From NCBI GenBank assembly GCA_964591175.1, contig CAZQAF010000009.1, forward strand, positions 7,619 to 71,618: 64,000 nucleotides of DNA. The letters run 5' to 3'. The stretch's first letter is position 1, and each line of letters opens with the position of its first letter. Both the position numbers and the translations under genes were made by a program. This stretch comes from an uncultured Desulfobacteraceae bacterium (GTDB lineage Bacteria > Desulfobacterota > Desulfobacteria > Desulfobacterales > UBA11574). A model generated the notes under the pieces. The model saw nothing but the letters and a program-made list of their open reading frames with translations. It was not told the origin of the DNA and searched no databases. Shown piece by piece: positions 18,480-28,280 of the stretch.

Positions 18480-19206
18480 CAACTTAAGAAAAATTACCGA
18501 CAAAATGGAATCGTGGCTGAGATATGAAATGGAGGCTTTTGAGCCATTTGGCACACAGGAAAACACGGCGGATAAAGGGTTTGTGTCCTTGGAAACAAAA
18601 GGAGGCAAAACGCAGGAATTTATCCCTCTTGAAGCCTTGAAGAATACCGGTCTCAACGAAAATGAAGGCGAGGTTCTATTAAAAAAAACAAAAGAAAATA
18701 TCGAACGTCTCGAGCAGGAGGCATATGAAAAGGGCTTTGTCCAGGGCGAAAAGGATGGTTTTGAACTTGGCGAAAAAAAAGCAATTAAAATTATAGCGAA
18801 TATAGAGAAATTGTTCAACGAAATCAATGGCATTAAGCAGGATTTAATAAGAGAGAACGAAAAAGAATTATTTGATTTGATTTTTGCGGTTGCCGAGAAA
18901 ATTGTTCACCATGAAGTCCGACGAGACGATACTGCCATCAAAGAAGCGATCTTGAATTCACTCGATATGGCGGTGGAAAAAAGCAAAATATTTTTCAACG
19001 TCAATCCGGATGATTACGACTTTGTTGAAAAATTACGGCCTGATCTTTTCCGTCAAAACAACGAAATCAAGTCAATTGTCGTGACGTCGGATCCGGCAAT
19101 TTCAAGAGGCGGTTGTTTTTTAGAAACACCTCGTGGAAATATCGATGCGACGATCGAATCGAAATTGGAAAAAATTTATCAAAGCTTTCAAGAAACCATT
19201 CAATAA
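18463..19206 (+). CDS. fliH: Flagellar export protein FliH
   Basis: AYEKGFVQGEKDGFELG GxxxG repeats; DPAISRGGCFLET; lies between fliG and fliI. Confidence 0.92.
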   Translation: MMSLSSNLRKITDKMESWLRYEMEAFEPFGTQENTADKGFVSLETKGGKTQEFIPLEALKNTGLNENEGEVLLKKTKENIERLEQEAYEKGFVQGEKDGFELGEKKAIKIIANIEKLFNEINGIKQDLIRENEKELFDLIFAVAEKIVHHEVRRDDTAIKEAILNSLDMAVEKSKIFFNVNPDDYDFVEKLRPDLFRQNNEIKSIVVTSDPAISRGGCFLETPRGNIDATIESKLEKIYQSFQETIQ

Positions 19207-19215
19207 ATATTTTTA

Positions 19216-20574
19216 TTGAAAAGATCCGGTCCATCAAAAAGGAAGATGAGAAATTTTGAATCAAAAATCGAATTTAATAAATACAAAGAAGCGCTGAAAT
19301 CCTGCCGACCCATTAAAATGGAAGGCAAAATCATTAAAGTGGCGGGCATTGTTGCAGAAGCTGACGGCCCGGGCATGAGCGTCGGAAGCCTTTGTTCAAT
19401 AAAAAATTCTGACGGCCGAAATATGCCGGCGGAAGTTATCGGGTTTAATGATAAAAGCGTTATTGTGATGCCTTTCGGAGAAATGCGGGGAATTGAGCCC
19501 GGAAGCCGGATTGTCGATATAAACAAACAGCCGACGGTTAAAGTCGGGGAGTCATATTTAAATAGAGTCGTTGACGGGCTTGGAACGCCCATTGACGGAA
19601 AAGGAGCCATAAAAGCAAACCTGGATTATCCGATTTACGGAAAAGTCCTTAATCCTATGAAAAGAGAGATTATTCATGAAGTGATCGATGTGGGTATAAG
19701 TTCTATCAATGCAATGCACACGCTGGGGAAAGGACAGCGGATTGCCATCATGGCAGGTTCGGGTGTGGGGAAAAGTGTGTTGATGGGTATGATTGCCCGC
19801 TACACAGTAGCAGACGTCATCGTTATTGCGCTTATTGGCGAACGCGGTAGAGAAGTTAGAGAATTTATTGAACGCAACCTTGGAAAGGAAGGTCTTAAAA
19901 AATCGGTTGTCGTTGCTGCAACGTCCGATTCCCCGGCTCTCGCCAGGATCAGGGGGGCTCATCTCGCAACAACGATAGCGGAATATTTCAGGGATAAAGG
20001 ATTGGACGTCGTTCTGATTATGGATTCAATCACCCGCTTCGCCATGTCATTGAGAGAAGTCGGCCTGGCGGCAGGAGAACCGCCTTCAGCAAAGGGTTAC
20101 ACACCGAGCGTTTTTATTCAAATCCCAAAACTTTTGGAAAGGACCGGAAATCTGGAAAGGAAAGGCAGTATTACGGGAATCTATACGGTCTTGGTCGAAG
20201 GCGACGATATGAACGAGCCCATAGCGGATACCGTTCGTTCCATCGTCGACGGCCACATCATTTTATCCCGGGATCTTGCACACAAAGGACATTATCCCGC
20301 CGTAGATGTTTTGAGCAGCATCAGCCGGGTGATGTCTGACATTGTCGAACGTGGTCATCTCGATATGGCAAGAAAACTTGTAAGAGTCCTGGCCACCTAT
20401 AGAGAAGCGGAAGATTTAATCAATATTGGGGCATATTTAGATGGTAGTGATCCGAACATAGATTTTGCAAAAAAAATGATTCACAAAATCAATTCTTTTC
20501 TTTGTCAGGATATTAATCAAAATATATCATTCAAGGAAAGCCTGTCGCGATTGAAGGATGCATTAACCGAGTGA
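19216..20574 (+). CDS. fliI: Flagellar export ATPase FliI
   Basis: GSGVGKS Walker A, MDSITRFA Walker B, GSITGIYTVLVEGDD. Confidence 0.97.
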   Translation: MKRSGPSKRKMRNFESKIEFNKYKEALKSCRPIKMEGKIIKVAGIVAEADGPGMSVGSLCSIKNSDGRNMPAEVIGFNDKSVIVMPFGEMRGIEPGSRIVDINKQPTVKVGESYLNRVVDGLGTPIDGKGAIKANLDYPIYGKVLNPMKREIIHEVIDVGISSINAMHTLGKGQRIAIMAGSGVGKSVLMGMIARYTVADVIVIALIGERGREVREFIERNLGKEGLKKSVVVAATSDSPALARIRGAHLATTIAEYFRDKGLDVVLIMDSITRFAMSLREVGLAAGEPPSAKGYTPSVFIQIPKLLERTGNLERKGSITGIYTVLVEGDDMNEPIADTVRSIVDGHIILSRDLAHKGHYPAVDVLSSISRVMSDIVERGHLDMARKLVRVLATYREAEDLINIGAYLDGSDPNIDFAKKMIHKINSFLCQDINQNISFKESLSRLKDALTE

Positions 20575-20591
20575 TACAAACTTAGGACTTC

Positions 20592-20647
20592 GCCCCAATT
20601 GGCCTCCGGCCCGTTGGGCCTATGCCCCGGAGGGAACATTGGAATAG
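20592..20647. repeat. Short nested palindrome between fliI and fliJ; dispersed repeat
   Basis: CCTCCGG...CCGGAGG enclosing GGCCC-GTT-GGGCC; 20618-20646 matches 53470-53498 in reverse orientation at 23/29 nt. Confidence 0.6.
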
Positions 20648-21091
20648 ATGAAACCGTTTTCATTTCGACTGGATAAAATACTTAACTATAGAACTTATCT
20701 GAGGAAAAAAGCTCAAATAGAACTTTTTAACGCTAGAAATGAATGTCTGAAGAGAGAAAAAGAAGTTATGAGTTTGATTGAAAAAAGAAACGAGATGTCA
20801 AAACAGTGCAGCGAAGAAGAATCCAGAGGAGTGAGTGTTCCGGTTTACAATACATACCAGACTTATCTGAAACGCATTGGAGAAGATCTAGAGAAGGCAT
20901 ATATTAGGCTCGATCGGGAAAAAGAAGAAGTAATAGCAAAAGAAATTGTATTGAAGCAGGCATCCATAAATAAAAAGACGCTAAAAGTTCTAAAAGGACT
21001 AAAACATAATAGATACATGGAATCTATGGGAAGAGAAGAACAGAAAATATTGGATGAGATAGTGATAACCGGAAAAGGTTGCAACGTATGA
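20648..21091 (+). CDS. fliJ: Flagellar export protein FliJ
   Basis: MKPFSFRLDKILNYR N-terminus, coiled coil, EEQKILDEI C-terminus; follows fliI. Confidence 0.92.
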   Translation: MKPFSFRLDKILNYRTYLRKKAQIELFNARNECLKREKEVMSLIEKRNEMSKQCSEEESRGVSVPVYNTYQTYLKRIGEDLEKAYIRLDREKEEVIAKEIVLKQASINKKTLKVLKGLKHNRYMESMGREEQKILDEIVITGKGCNV

Positions 21092-21648
21092 AAAAACGAA
21101 CACAGATTCTGCTGTCCTTACTGATCGTTGTGAAGATTTCGCTGGGTTCTATTTTATTATATCAGAGCGGTCTGCCTTTGTTTGGAACGTCGAATGCATT
21201 GGCTTCAGAACAAAAAAAAGATACTGTGACAACCCCAGTGAAAAATGAAAAAAAAGATACAAAAGAAACGATCGACTTGAAGTTTCTCATCCAAAGGAAG
21301 GCTCAATTCGAAAAAGAAGAAAAAAGGATCGCTGAAAAGAAATCAGAACTTTTAGTCATTCAGGATGACATCAATAAAAAAATCGCCGAACTCACAAAAT
21401 TAAGGGATGAAATCAAGCAGGAGAAAGCACAAAAGAAGGCTGTCGAGGAGCAGCAGTTCAAGCATCTTATAAAGATTTATTCAGCCATGAAACCGCAGAA
21501 TGCGGCGGACTTGATCGATAAGCTGGACATTAAACTGGCAATAGAACTTCTTTCAAGGATGAAAGGGGATGATGTCGGGAAAATCCTTTCCTTCGTAAAA
21601 ATTGAAAAGGCCGCTAAAATAAGCGAAGGGCTTATAAAACAAAATTAG
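21088..21648 (+). CDS. MotE/FlgY/YlxF-like periplasmic protein (membrane anchor, coiled coil, MgtE_N-like domain)
   Basis: Hydrophobic N-terminus; LIKIYSAMKPQNAADLI...LSRMKGDDVGKILS..AAKIS; ATGA overlap with the fliJ stop. Confidence 0.8.
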   Translation: MKKRTQILLSLLIVVKISLGSILLYQSGLPLFGTSNALASEQKKDTVTTPVKNEKKDTKETIDLKFLIQRKAQFEKEEKRIAEKKSELLVIQDDINKKIAELTKLRDEIKQEKAQKKAVEEQQFKHLIKIYSAMKPQNAADLIDKLDIKLAIELLSRMKGDDVGKILSFVKIEKAAKISEGLIKQN

Positions 21649-21839
21649 ATATAGATATCTATGATCGATCCCTTTTCCCGGAATTTATCCGGGTCTAGTT
21701 CCGGACCGCTACTCAGAACCGACGGGCGTTGGTGATTCCGGGAGAAAATCGGCAGCGTGGATTCATTCTGAATGGCCTTATCCCCGGGCAATGCCGCCAC
21801 CACGATCGGCCAGTTATTTGCAGCATCAATATTCATCAT
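21645..21839 (-). CDS. Small hypothetical protein, oriented against the operon
   Basis: 64-aa ORF with AGAGGG RBS on the minus strand; ends KGSIIDIYI. Confidence 0.55.
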   Translation of the reverse strand: MMNIDAANNWPIVVAALPGDKAIQNESTLPIFSRNHQRPSVLSSGPELDPDKFREKGSIIDIYI

Positions 21840-22182
21840 TACCCTCTTTGTATTATTATTCCATCCTATTATATGAATAATCCTTAAAAATCAACATATT
21901 TCTTTAAGATTTCAACAATCTTAGAATAAAACTCCAAATTGAGATTTGGGAATTGAATTTTCAATAAGTCATTCGCCCGGAAAAGGAAACCCTGTCATCG
22001 CCTTGGGGTAACGAAACTATTTTGTTTCGCCCTGTCGCGAAAATTAAATAGGCAATATTTTCCTTTGGCCGTTTGATTAAGCGGTCAAATATTTCCTCCT
22101 TGCTGTTTTTTGTTTTCGGCGGTTGCGTTTAAAATATACTTAATCCACTGTTATAATATCAAATACAAGTATGTTTTCTATT

Positions 22183-22199
22183 TTGGCACAACCTTTGCT
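22183..22199 (+). promoter_or_regulatory. sigma54 promoter of fliK-flgDE
   Basis: TTGGCACAACCTTTGCT, near-perfect consensus. Confidence 0.85.
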
Positions 22200-22243
22200 G
22201 GTAAAGAGTTGAAAAAATTAAAAGACAGCAAGAGACAAAAACA

Positions 22244-23944
22244 ATGATAAACCCCGTAATTTTAAAATTCGTGTCCTCACTTCTCAATAGCGACGCATCA
22301 AATAGTGCCATGTCATCGGCATCGGGAGACGGCGGCAAGCACTTTTTATCGGATATGCAAAAAGCGCTTCGCACCTTTTCAAACAAATCCGATTTTGCAA
22401 CTCATGAATCGATCAAAGCAAATACCGACTCCTATGGAAAAGGATACAAAAATTATCTTGAATCTTTCAAGAAAGAACTTTTAGCACAGGGAAAGCCGTT
22501 GAATGAGATCTTTTTAAAAGAAAAGGATTTTCCGCTGATCAAAAAATTTCTTCTTCAATGCGGTTTTTCGAACAAAAAGATTGACGGATTTTTAAAGGAT
22601 CTTAAATCTGACAGCCCTGGCGGCCAAATCAATCTGTCCTATTTTTTCCAAAAGGCCTCAGAACTGGAATCACCGAAAGACAAGGCTTATCATGATAAGA
22701 TCATCGCTTCCAACGCCATCCCGCACATCGAGTCCATACTTAGAGATTTTCAATTTACACCAAAAGAGATGGATAATCTCATCAGTTATGCAAAGACCGA
22801 AGGCGGCGGGCTGGATCTTAAACAATTTGTAAATAAATTAAAAGAAATCAGCTCCCGTAAACCATTTGCGGATAACAACGGCGTTGATCGGGATGTGTGT
22901 CAAAAGATTATAAGCAAGATGGAAGCGATCGGTATTTCCGTGAAAAACAAAGAAAAGATCGAACAAATATCTCCGGAGGATTTTATCGCATCTCTGGAGC
23001 AAACATTAGAAAATGTGAATCAAAACGATAAGTCATCGTCAGAAATTAAAAAGACGTTGGACAATCTCGTGAAAAGGGTTACTCGATCGGATCAAAATAT
23101 TACATCGGCATCTTCAGTAAAAGTTGCCTCGAATTATAATTTTACGAATTCGCTGATTGAAGAACAAACAAACAAAAACCACAATCATCTTTTTGATAAA
23201 AAACCGAAATCTTCATCAGAAAATATCACGAATAAAAATGATGTTATATCGTCTTTTCTTAAGCAAGAAGGCGATAAAATCACCCCTCATGCGCAACTTA
23301 TTGCAAACACTTCGAATCCGAAACAGAGGGCCGATATTTTTTCGGACCTGAATAAGAAAATGGGATTAATGAATCCGGTTGAAAGGGATAGCGATCATAT
23401 ACTGATTAAAACCGGGCAAATGGATGCGCCGAGGAATACGGCAACTTTTAACCTTGCAGGCACCGTAAAATCCGCACCGTCAAATAATAATGGTTCCGGC
23501 GGATATTATCTCCAGGCTTCTTTGATCGACCAGGTCGGAAAGCAAATTTCAAGGTCTATTCTCACAGGGGATCGAATCGTGAGGCTCCAGTTAAATCCGC
23601 CTGAGCTGGGAACGGTAAAAATAAAAATGGATATGAAAGACCATTCCCTTAAAATAGGAATTATTACGGAACATCATTCTGTAAAAGAACTGTTGTTAAA
23701 TAATATCCACCAACTCAGGGAAGCGCTTTTACATCAGGGAGTGAAACTCGACAAGGTCGATGTTCAGATCGACTATAATTTCGGTCAATCATTGAACAGC
23801 TCGAAGCAAGGGACAAACAGCGGACCCGGCACAGGAAGAGGTTTCAATGAAAAACAGTTCAATACGAATTCGCTTACCCAAGAAACATCTGCCATTCAGA
23901 TGCATATGATATCAAAAAATAATTTATTGGATTTGGTGGCTTAG
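22244..23944 (+). CDS. fliK: Hook-length control protein FliK
   Basis: C-terminal VRLQLNPPELGTVKIKM...LREALLHQGVKLDKVDV; lies upstream of flgD. Confidence 0.92.
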   Translation: MINPVILKFVSSLLNSDASNSAMSSASGDGGKHFLSDMQKALRTFSNKSDFATHESIKANTDSYGKGYKNYLESFKKELLAQGKPLNEIFLKEKDFPLIKKFLLQCGFSNKKIDGFLKDLKSDSPGGQINLSYFFQKASELESPKDKAYHDKIIASNAIPHIESILRDFQFTPKEMDNLISYAKTEGGGLDLKQFVNKLKEISSRKPFADNNGVDRDVCQKIISKMEAIGISVKNKEKIEQISPEDFIASLEQTLENVNQNDKSSSEIKKTLDNLVKRVTRSDQNITSASSVKVASNYNFTNSLIEEQTNKNHNHLFDKKPKSSSENITNKNDVISSFLKQEGDKITPHAQLIANTSNPKQRADIFSDLNKKMGLMNPVERDSDHILIKTGQMDAPRNTATFNLAGTVKSAPSNNNGSGGYYLQASLIDQVGKQISRSILTGDRIVRLQLNPPELGTVKIKMDMKDHSLKIGIITEHHSVKELLLNNIHQLREALLHQGVKLDKVDVQIDYNFGQSLNSSKQGTNSGPGTGRGFNEKQFNTNSLTQETSAIQMHMISKNNLLDLVA

Positions 23945-23993
23945 CGAAACCATTCGCCAAACGGAAGGGCGGACTTTAAGGAGAAAAATCTCA

Positions 23994-24683
23994 ATGTCAA
24001 TACCATCAGTAAATACAAGTTACGGCACATCATCGACAACCAGTGACCAAACATCTTCAAATTCCGGTACGGACAAGCTGGGCATGGATCAGTTCCTTAA
24101 CATGTTTATTGCCCAGTTGAAGAATCAAGATCCGCTGAACCCCATGGACAGTGCGCAATTCACCGCCCAATTGGCGCAATATTCCAGTGTAGAGCAACTG
24201 TATGGGATGAACAGCAAATTGACGGATATTGAAAATGCGCTGAGCAGTCAGAACCAACAACGCGATGATTTGGGTTATATCGGCAAAACCGTTAAGGCGG
24301 ATGATAACACTATGACCGTTACTAACGGGACGGTTCAAACCGGCAGTTACAGCTTGGATGGCAGCGGAAATGTCACCATCGATGTTTACGACAGTCAGGG
24401 ACAGCAGGTTCGAACGCTTTATCAGGGCGCTGAAGATAAAGGCGAACATGAGTTAAATTGGGACGGAAGGGATGATGCCGGGAACATGGTCGCAGACGGA
24501 ACTTATACTTTCGAGATTACCGCACAGGATGGAATTGGTTTGACTGTCCCTTCAAACACCTACATTTCCGGGGAGGTGACGGGCATCACCTATAAAAACG
24601 GTCAGCCTTATCTCATGATCGGAGATAAACTGCTCGACAGCAGCAAAGTTATCGAAGTCACTCAAACAACGGCAAATAAATAA
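23994..24683 (+). CDS. flgD: Hook capping protein FlgD
   Basis: FLNMFIAQLKNQDPLNPMDSAQFTAQLAQYSSVEQL; WDGRDDAG. Confidence 0.96.
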   Translation: MSIPSVNTSYGTSSTTSDQTSSNSGTDKLGMDQFLNMFIAQLKNQDPLNPMDSAQFTAQLAQYSSVEQLYGMNSKLTDIENALSSQNQQRDDLGYIGKTVKADDNTMTVTNGTVQTGSYSLDGSGNVTIDVYDSQGQQVRTLYQGAEDKGEHELNWDGRDDAGNMVADGTYTFEITAQDGIGLTVPSNTYISGEVTGITYKNGQPYLMIGDKLLDSSKVIEVTQTTANK

Positions 24684-24696
24684 GGAGGGAAATAAA

Positions 24697-26184
24697 ATGT
24701 CTTTATCAAGTTCACTATTTTCAGGGATTAGCGGGCTGAGCACCCTTGGCAACGCCATGCAGATTATCGGAGACAACATCGCAAATGTCAATACGGTAGG
24801 GTTCAAAAGCAGCCGGGTGACCTTTCAGGACGTACTGAGCCAGACCGTGGCCACCACGTCGGGAAGCGCACAGGTCGGCCGCGGGAGCAGCCTGGCGGAT
24901 ATTTCCAGTACGTTTTCCCAGGGCTCTTTCGAGTCCACCGATTCCGCAACGGATCTGGCCATCGGCGGCGAGGGCTTTTTCGTTGTTAGGGACCCGAACA
25001 ATGCAAACAACGAATACTACACTCGTGCCGGTGAATTCCGCTTTGACAAGGACGGCAACTTCGTCAATCCGGCCGGATACATTGTCCGCGGCTGGGCCCT
25101 GGACCCCACCACGGGTCAGGACTACGGCTCGATGACGGACATCACCATGTCGTCATTTACATCGTCGCCATCGGAGACGCAGAAGTTGACGGCCATCACC
25201 AACCTGGATTCCGATGCCACGAGCCAGACGACGAATCTGGAAACCGCATGGGACGCCACCAACCCAACGCCGATTGCCTCTACAGCCTATGAATATCAGA
25301 CCACCGTGAAGGCCTACGATTCGTTGGGAAGCACCCACGATCTCACTGTTTACTATGACCGCACCGACACAGACGGTCAATGGGAATATATCGTCACGTG
25401 CAATCCTGATGAAGATGCCCGCGCCGGCGCCGTAGTATCAGGTACGCCGACAAAGGGTGCGGGGCTTTTGGCCCGGGGGACCATCGATTTCGTGGCTGGT
25501 TCGGGCACCATTTCGGGCATGACTATGGAGCGTTTCGATCCGAACAATCCGGACAATATCGGTACCGGCACCGATGGCTCGGCCGCGGACAACGCGGCAA
25601 CATGGGACTCGGTGGTGGACCCCGACAGTTGGCAAACGGCTGAAACTCCCGATGCAAATGGTTATCTGGCCTTTCAGCCGGAGTTCATCAATGGTTCCCC
25701 GATGTCCGTAGAACTGAACATCGGAGCCCGCAATGACGGGACGAACTGGGTTCCTGATTCCTTGTCTTCGAGCCAGTATTCCTCGGCATCCACCACCGTT
25801 TTTCAGTCCGCTGACGGCTACGGCGCCGGGGATCTGCAATCGGTTTCCGTGGATACGGACGGCGTTATCACCGGGCAGTATTCCAACGGGCAGGTCCTCC
25901 CGTTGTATCGCGTTGCCTTGGCCAAGTTTCAGAACAACGACGGCCTTTTTAAGGTAGGCGGCAACCTCTGGCGGGAGACCCGGCTCAGCGGTGATCCGAT
26001 TACGGGTACGCCGGGATCCAACGGCACGGGAAACATTTCGGCAAACTCCCTCGAGCAGTCAAACGTCGATATCGCCAACGAGTTCGTCAAAATGATTACC
26101 ACCCAGAGAGGATTCCAGGCCAATTCAAAAATCATTACCGTAACGGATCAAATGCTTGCGGACCTCATCAATATCAAACGATAA
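24697..26184 (+). CDS. flgE: Hook protein FlgE
   Basis: GDNIANVNTVGFK, DLAIGGEGFF, YTRAGEF, SLEQSNVDIANEFVKMITTQRGFQANS. Confidence 0.97.
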   Translation: MSLSSSLFSGISGLSTLGNAMQIIGDNIANVNTVGFKSSRVTFQDVLSQTVATTSGSAQVGRGSSLADISSTFSQGSFESTDSATDLAIGGEGFFVVRDPNNANNEYYTRAGEFRFDKDGNFVNPAGYIVRGWALDPTTGQDYGSMTDITMSSFTSSPSETQKLTAITNLDSDATSQTTNLETAWDATNPTPIASTAYEYQTTVKAYDSLGSTHDLTVYYDRTDTDGQWEYIVTCNPDEDARAGAVVSGTPTKGAGLLARGTIDFVAGSGTISGMTMERFDPNNPDNIGTGTDGSAADNAATWDSVVDPDSWQTAETPDANGYLAFQPEFINGSPMSVELNIGARNDGTNWVPDSLSSSQYSSASTTVFQSADGYGAGDLQSVSVDTDGVITGQYSNGQVLPLYRVALAKFQNNDGLFKVGGNLWRETRLSGDPITGTPGSNGTGNISANSLEQSNVDIANEFVKMITTQRGFQANSKIITVTDQMLADLINIKR

Positions 26185-26196
26185 TGTTTAAACCGA

Positions 26197-26417
26197 GAGG
26201 TTCAGGGTTCAAAGTTCACGGTTCCTGGTCTTAAAAGATGAGAAGGTTAGAACGTTAGAAGGTTAGGCTTAGCTTTAAGCTTCGACCCAATAAATCGGAG
26301 CGTCTGAGAAAAGCCAACCTTCTTACCTTCTGATCTTCTCACTTTCCGGTCTTTTTCCCTATATTACACCCCTGAACCTCTGAACCCAAAACCCCAGAAC
26401 TCAGAATTCCGGAACCT
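26197..26417. repeat. Nested palindrome of 7-8-mer tandem units downstream of flgE
   Basis: Outer arms: (A/G)GGTTCA units at 26198-26225 versus TGAACC units at 26373-26417. Inner arms: AAGGTTAG units at 26235-26266 versus C(C/T)AACCTT units at 26314-26345. Confidence 0.75.
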
Positions 26418-26420
26418 CTT

Positions 26421-26458
26421 ATCGAGGCAAATGTCAGGATTTTGACATTTGCCTCGAT
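26421..26458. promoter_or_regulatory. Perfect 16-bp inverted repeat containing a FleQ-box-like TGTCA-N6-TGACA site
   Basis: ATCGAGGCAAATGTCA-GGATTT-TGACATTTGCCTCGAT, about 125 bp upstream of the sigma54 promoter at 26574; could also act as a terminator hairpin. Confidence 0.6.
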
Positions 26459-26573
26459 CCTTGACGCAATTCCACTCAAAAGGGCTTCATCGACAAAATT
26501 TAACTATTCATATCTATTTGTAATATCATTATAATATTCCCTCTAGAAAAAATATTCCCCTTAAAAATCGATA

Positions 26574-26589
26574 TGGCATAAAGGTTGCT
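26574..26589 (+). promoter_or_regulatory. sigma54 promoter of the mot-fli-flh operon
   Basis: TGGCATAAAGGTTGCT (GG-N10-GC). Confidence 0.8.
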
Positions 26590-26672
26590 GTATATCAGGA
26601 AAAAAAGATTTTTCAGGATAATTATCGGCACCGCCGGACAACCGGCGGCAGTCGTAAGTTTAAGGAGAAGTT

Positions 26673-27431
26673 ATGGACATTGCAACCGTTCTGGGCATTG
26701 TCTCTGCATTCGGACTCGTATTGTCCGCCATTTTCATGGGCGGCGGACTCAATATTTTCGTCAATGTGCCCTCATTATTGATTGTCGTGGGCGGAACCGT
26801 CGGCGTAACGTTGATCGCTTATCCGTTGAAAGATTTCCTTGGCGTATTAAAAGTGGTTCAGAAGGCGCTTTTTACCCAAAATATTTCCGTTGATGAACTG
26901 ATCAAAAGATTTGCGGGTTTTGCAAGTAAAACGCGGAAAGAAGGCATCCTCGCTTTAGAGAGCGAGTTAAAGACCGTCAAGGATGAATTTTTAAAAAAAG
27001 GTGTCCAGCTATCGATCGACGGGCTGGAACCTCAAGAAATCAGGGATATCTTGGACACGGAAATTGATTATGTCAGAAACAGGCATCAGTTGGGGGCCGA
27101 GATATTCACTACCATGGGCACTTATGCGCCGGCCATGGGAATGATCGGAACATTGATTGGGTTAGTACAGATGCTGCAAAATATGAGCGATCCGAGCAGT
27201 ATCGGACCGGCGATGGCCGTAGCGCTGCTGACCACATTTTATGGTTCGATCATGGCAAACATCTGTTGTATGCCGGTTGCAGGAAAACTAAGAGCCCGAA
27301 GCAAAGAAGAAATGATGGTCAAGGAAATGACCATCCAGGGAATTATCTCTCTTTCCAATGGAGACAACCCCAGGATACTTGAACAAAAACTGCTGGCCTT
27401 TATGCCCAACAACAAGAAGAAAGAATCTTAG
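26673..27431 (+). CDS. motA: Stator A subunit (MotA/PomA/MotP type)
   Basis: PSLLIVVGGT, RKEGILALE, APAMGMIGTLIGLVQML, AVALLTTFYG, GDNPRILE. Confidence 0.95.
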   Translation: MDIATVLGIVSAFGLVLSAIFMGGGLNIFVNVPSLLIVVGGTVGVTLIAYPLKDFLGVLKVVQKALFTQNISVDELIKRFAGFASKTRKEGILALESELKTVKDEFLKKGVQLSIDGLEPQEIRDILDTEIDYVRNRHQLGAEIFTTMGTYAPAMGMIGTLIGLVQMLQNMSDPSSIGPAMAVALLTTFYGSIMANICCMPVAGKLRARSKEEMMVKEMTIQGIISLSNGDNPRILEQKLLAFMPNNKKKES

Positions 27432-27435
27432 GTAA

Positions 27436-28215
27436 ATGGGTAAAAGAAAGAAAAGCAATGGCGATGTTGAATCGGGTACGGATATTGGAATTGTGATGAC
27501 GGTGTCTCTTTTTCTTATACTGTTGACCTTTTTTATTTTGCTGAATTCCATTGCGGTTATCGACGAGCACAGAAGCCGTGTGGCAATCGGTTCGTTGATC
27601 GGTGCATTTGGAGGGCTGCCCGGCGGACTGTCACCCATGGATTCGGGCAAATCGGTGTTGCCGCCTTCAGCGCCGATGATCGATGAAGATTTGACCATTG
27701 AACAGTTGATGTCATATGTTCAAAGAGATGTTCACGGGATTCCCGGTGAGATAAAAATTGTAGCCGATGGAGATGAAAAAAAAATCATCATCAACGAAAG
27801 CGCCTTGTATAATGAAAAAGAACACAAACTCAAACCCTCCATACGCGCTTTTTTGTATAAAGTCAGTCGAATTATAAGGCAGGGCGATTTCCCGGTTGAA
27901 ATTGCGGGCTTTACGGACAATGTCGAAGATGTGAGAAATGGATATCGATCGAACTGGGAGCTGTCCACCATCATGGCGCTGAAAGTGTTAAAATATTTTG
28001 TTTCAGATTGCGGGGTTCTTCCCGGAAGACTTACGGCATATGGAAATGGAAGCAATCATCCCATCGGTTCCAATGATACAAGAAAATCCAGAGCCCGGAA
28101 CAAACGTGTTGAAATATGCCTGAAATACAATCCGCCGGCCTACATTAAACGGATTTTTGAAAAGAAACCGCACGGATTTTTTACATACAAGAAGTTTGAT
28201 TTTAAAATCTTTTAA
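27436..28215 (+). CDS. MotB-like stator B subunit lacking the conserved TM Asp
   Basis: TM MTVSLFLILLTFFILL; OmpA-like domain EIAGFTDN, SNWELS, NKRVEI. Confidence 0.85.
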   Translation: MGKRKKSNGDVESGTDIGIVMTVSLFLILLTFFILLNSIAVIDEHRSRVAIGSLIGAFGGLPGGLSPMDSGKSVLPPSAPMIDEDLTIEQLMSYVQRDVHGIPGEIKIVADGDEKKIIINESALYNEKEHKLKPSIRAFLYKVSRIIRQGDFPVEIAGFTDNVEDVRNGYRSNWELSTIMALKVLKYFVSDCGVLPGRLTAYGNGSNHPIGSNDTRKSRARNKRVEICLKYNPPAYIKRIFEKKPHGFFTYKKFDFKIF

Positions 28216-28280
28216 CCTCGATATTTTTCTATTTTGGTTATGATCAATCGGGGTTTTAAATAAAGACAGAGGATAAAAAA

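Noticed and set aside
23945-23990. GCGAAACC..GGAAGGGCGGAC resembling the start of a c-di-GMP-I riboswitch
   Set aside because: It lacks the GACGCAAA junction and P3, the stem is poor, and only about 50 nt are available.
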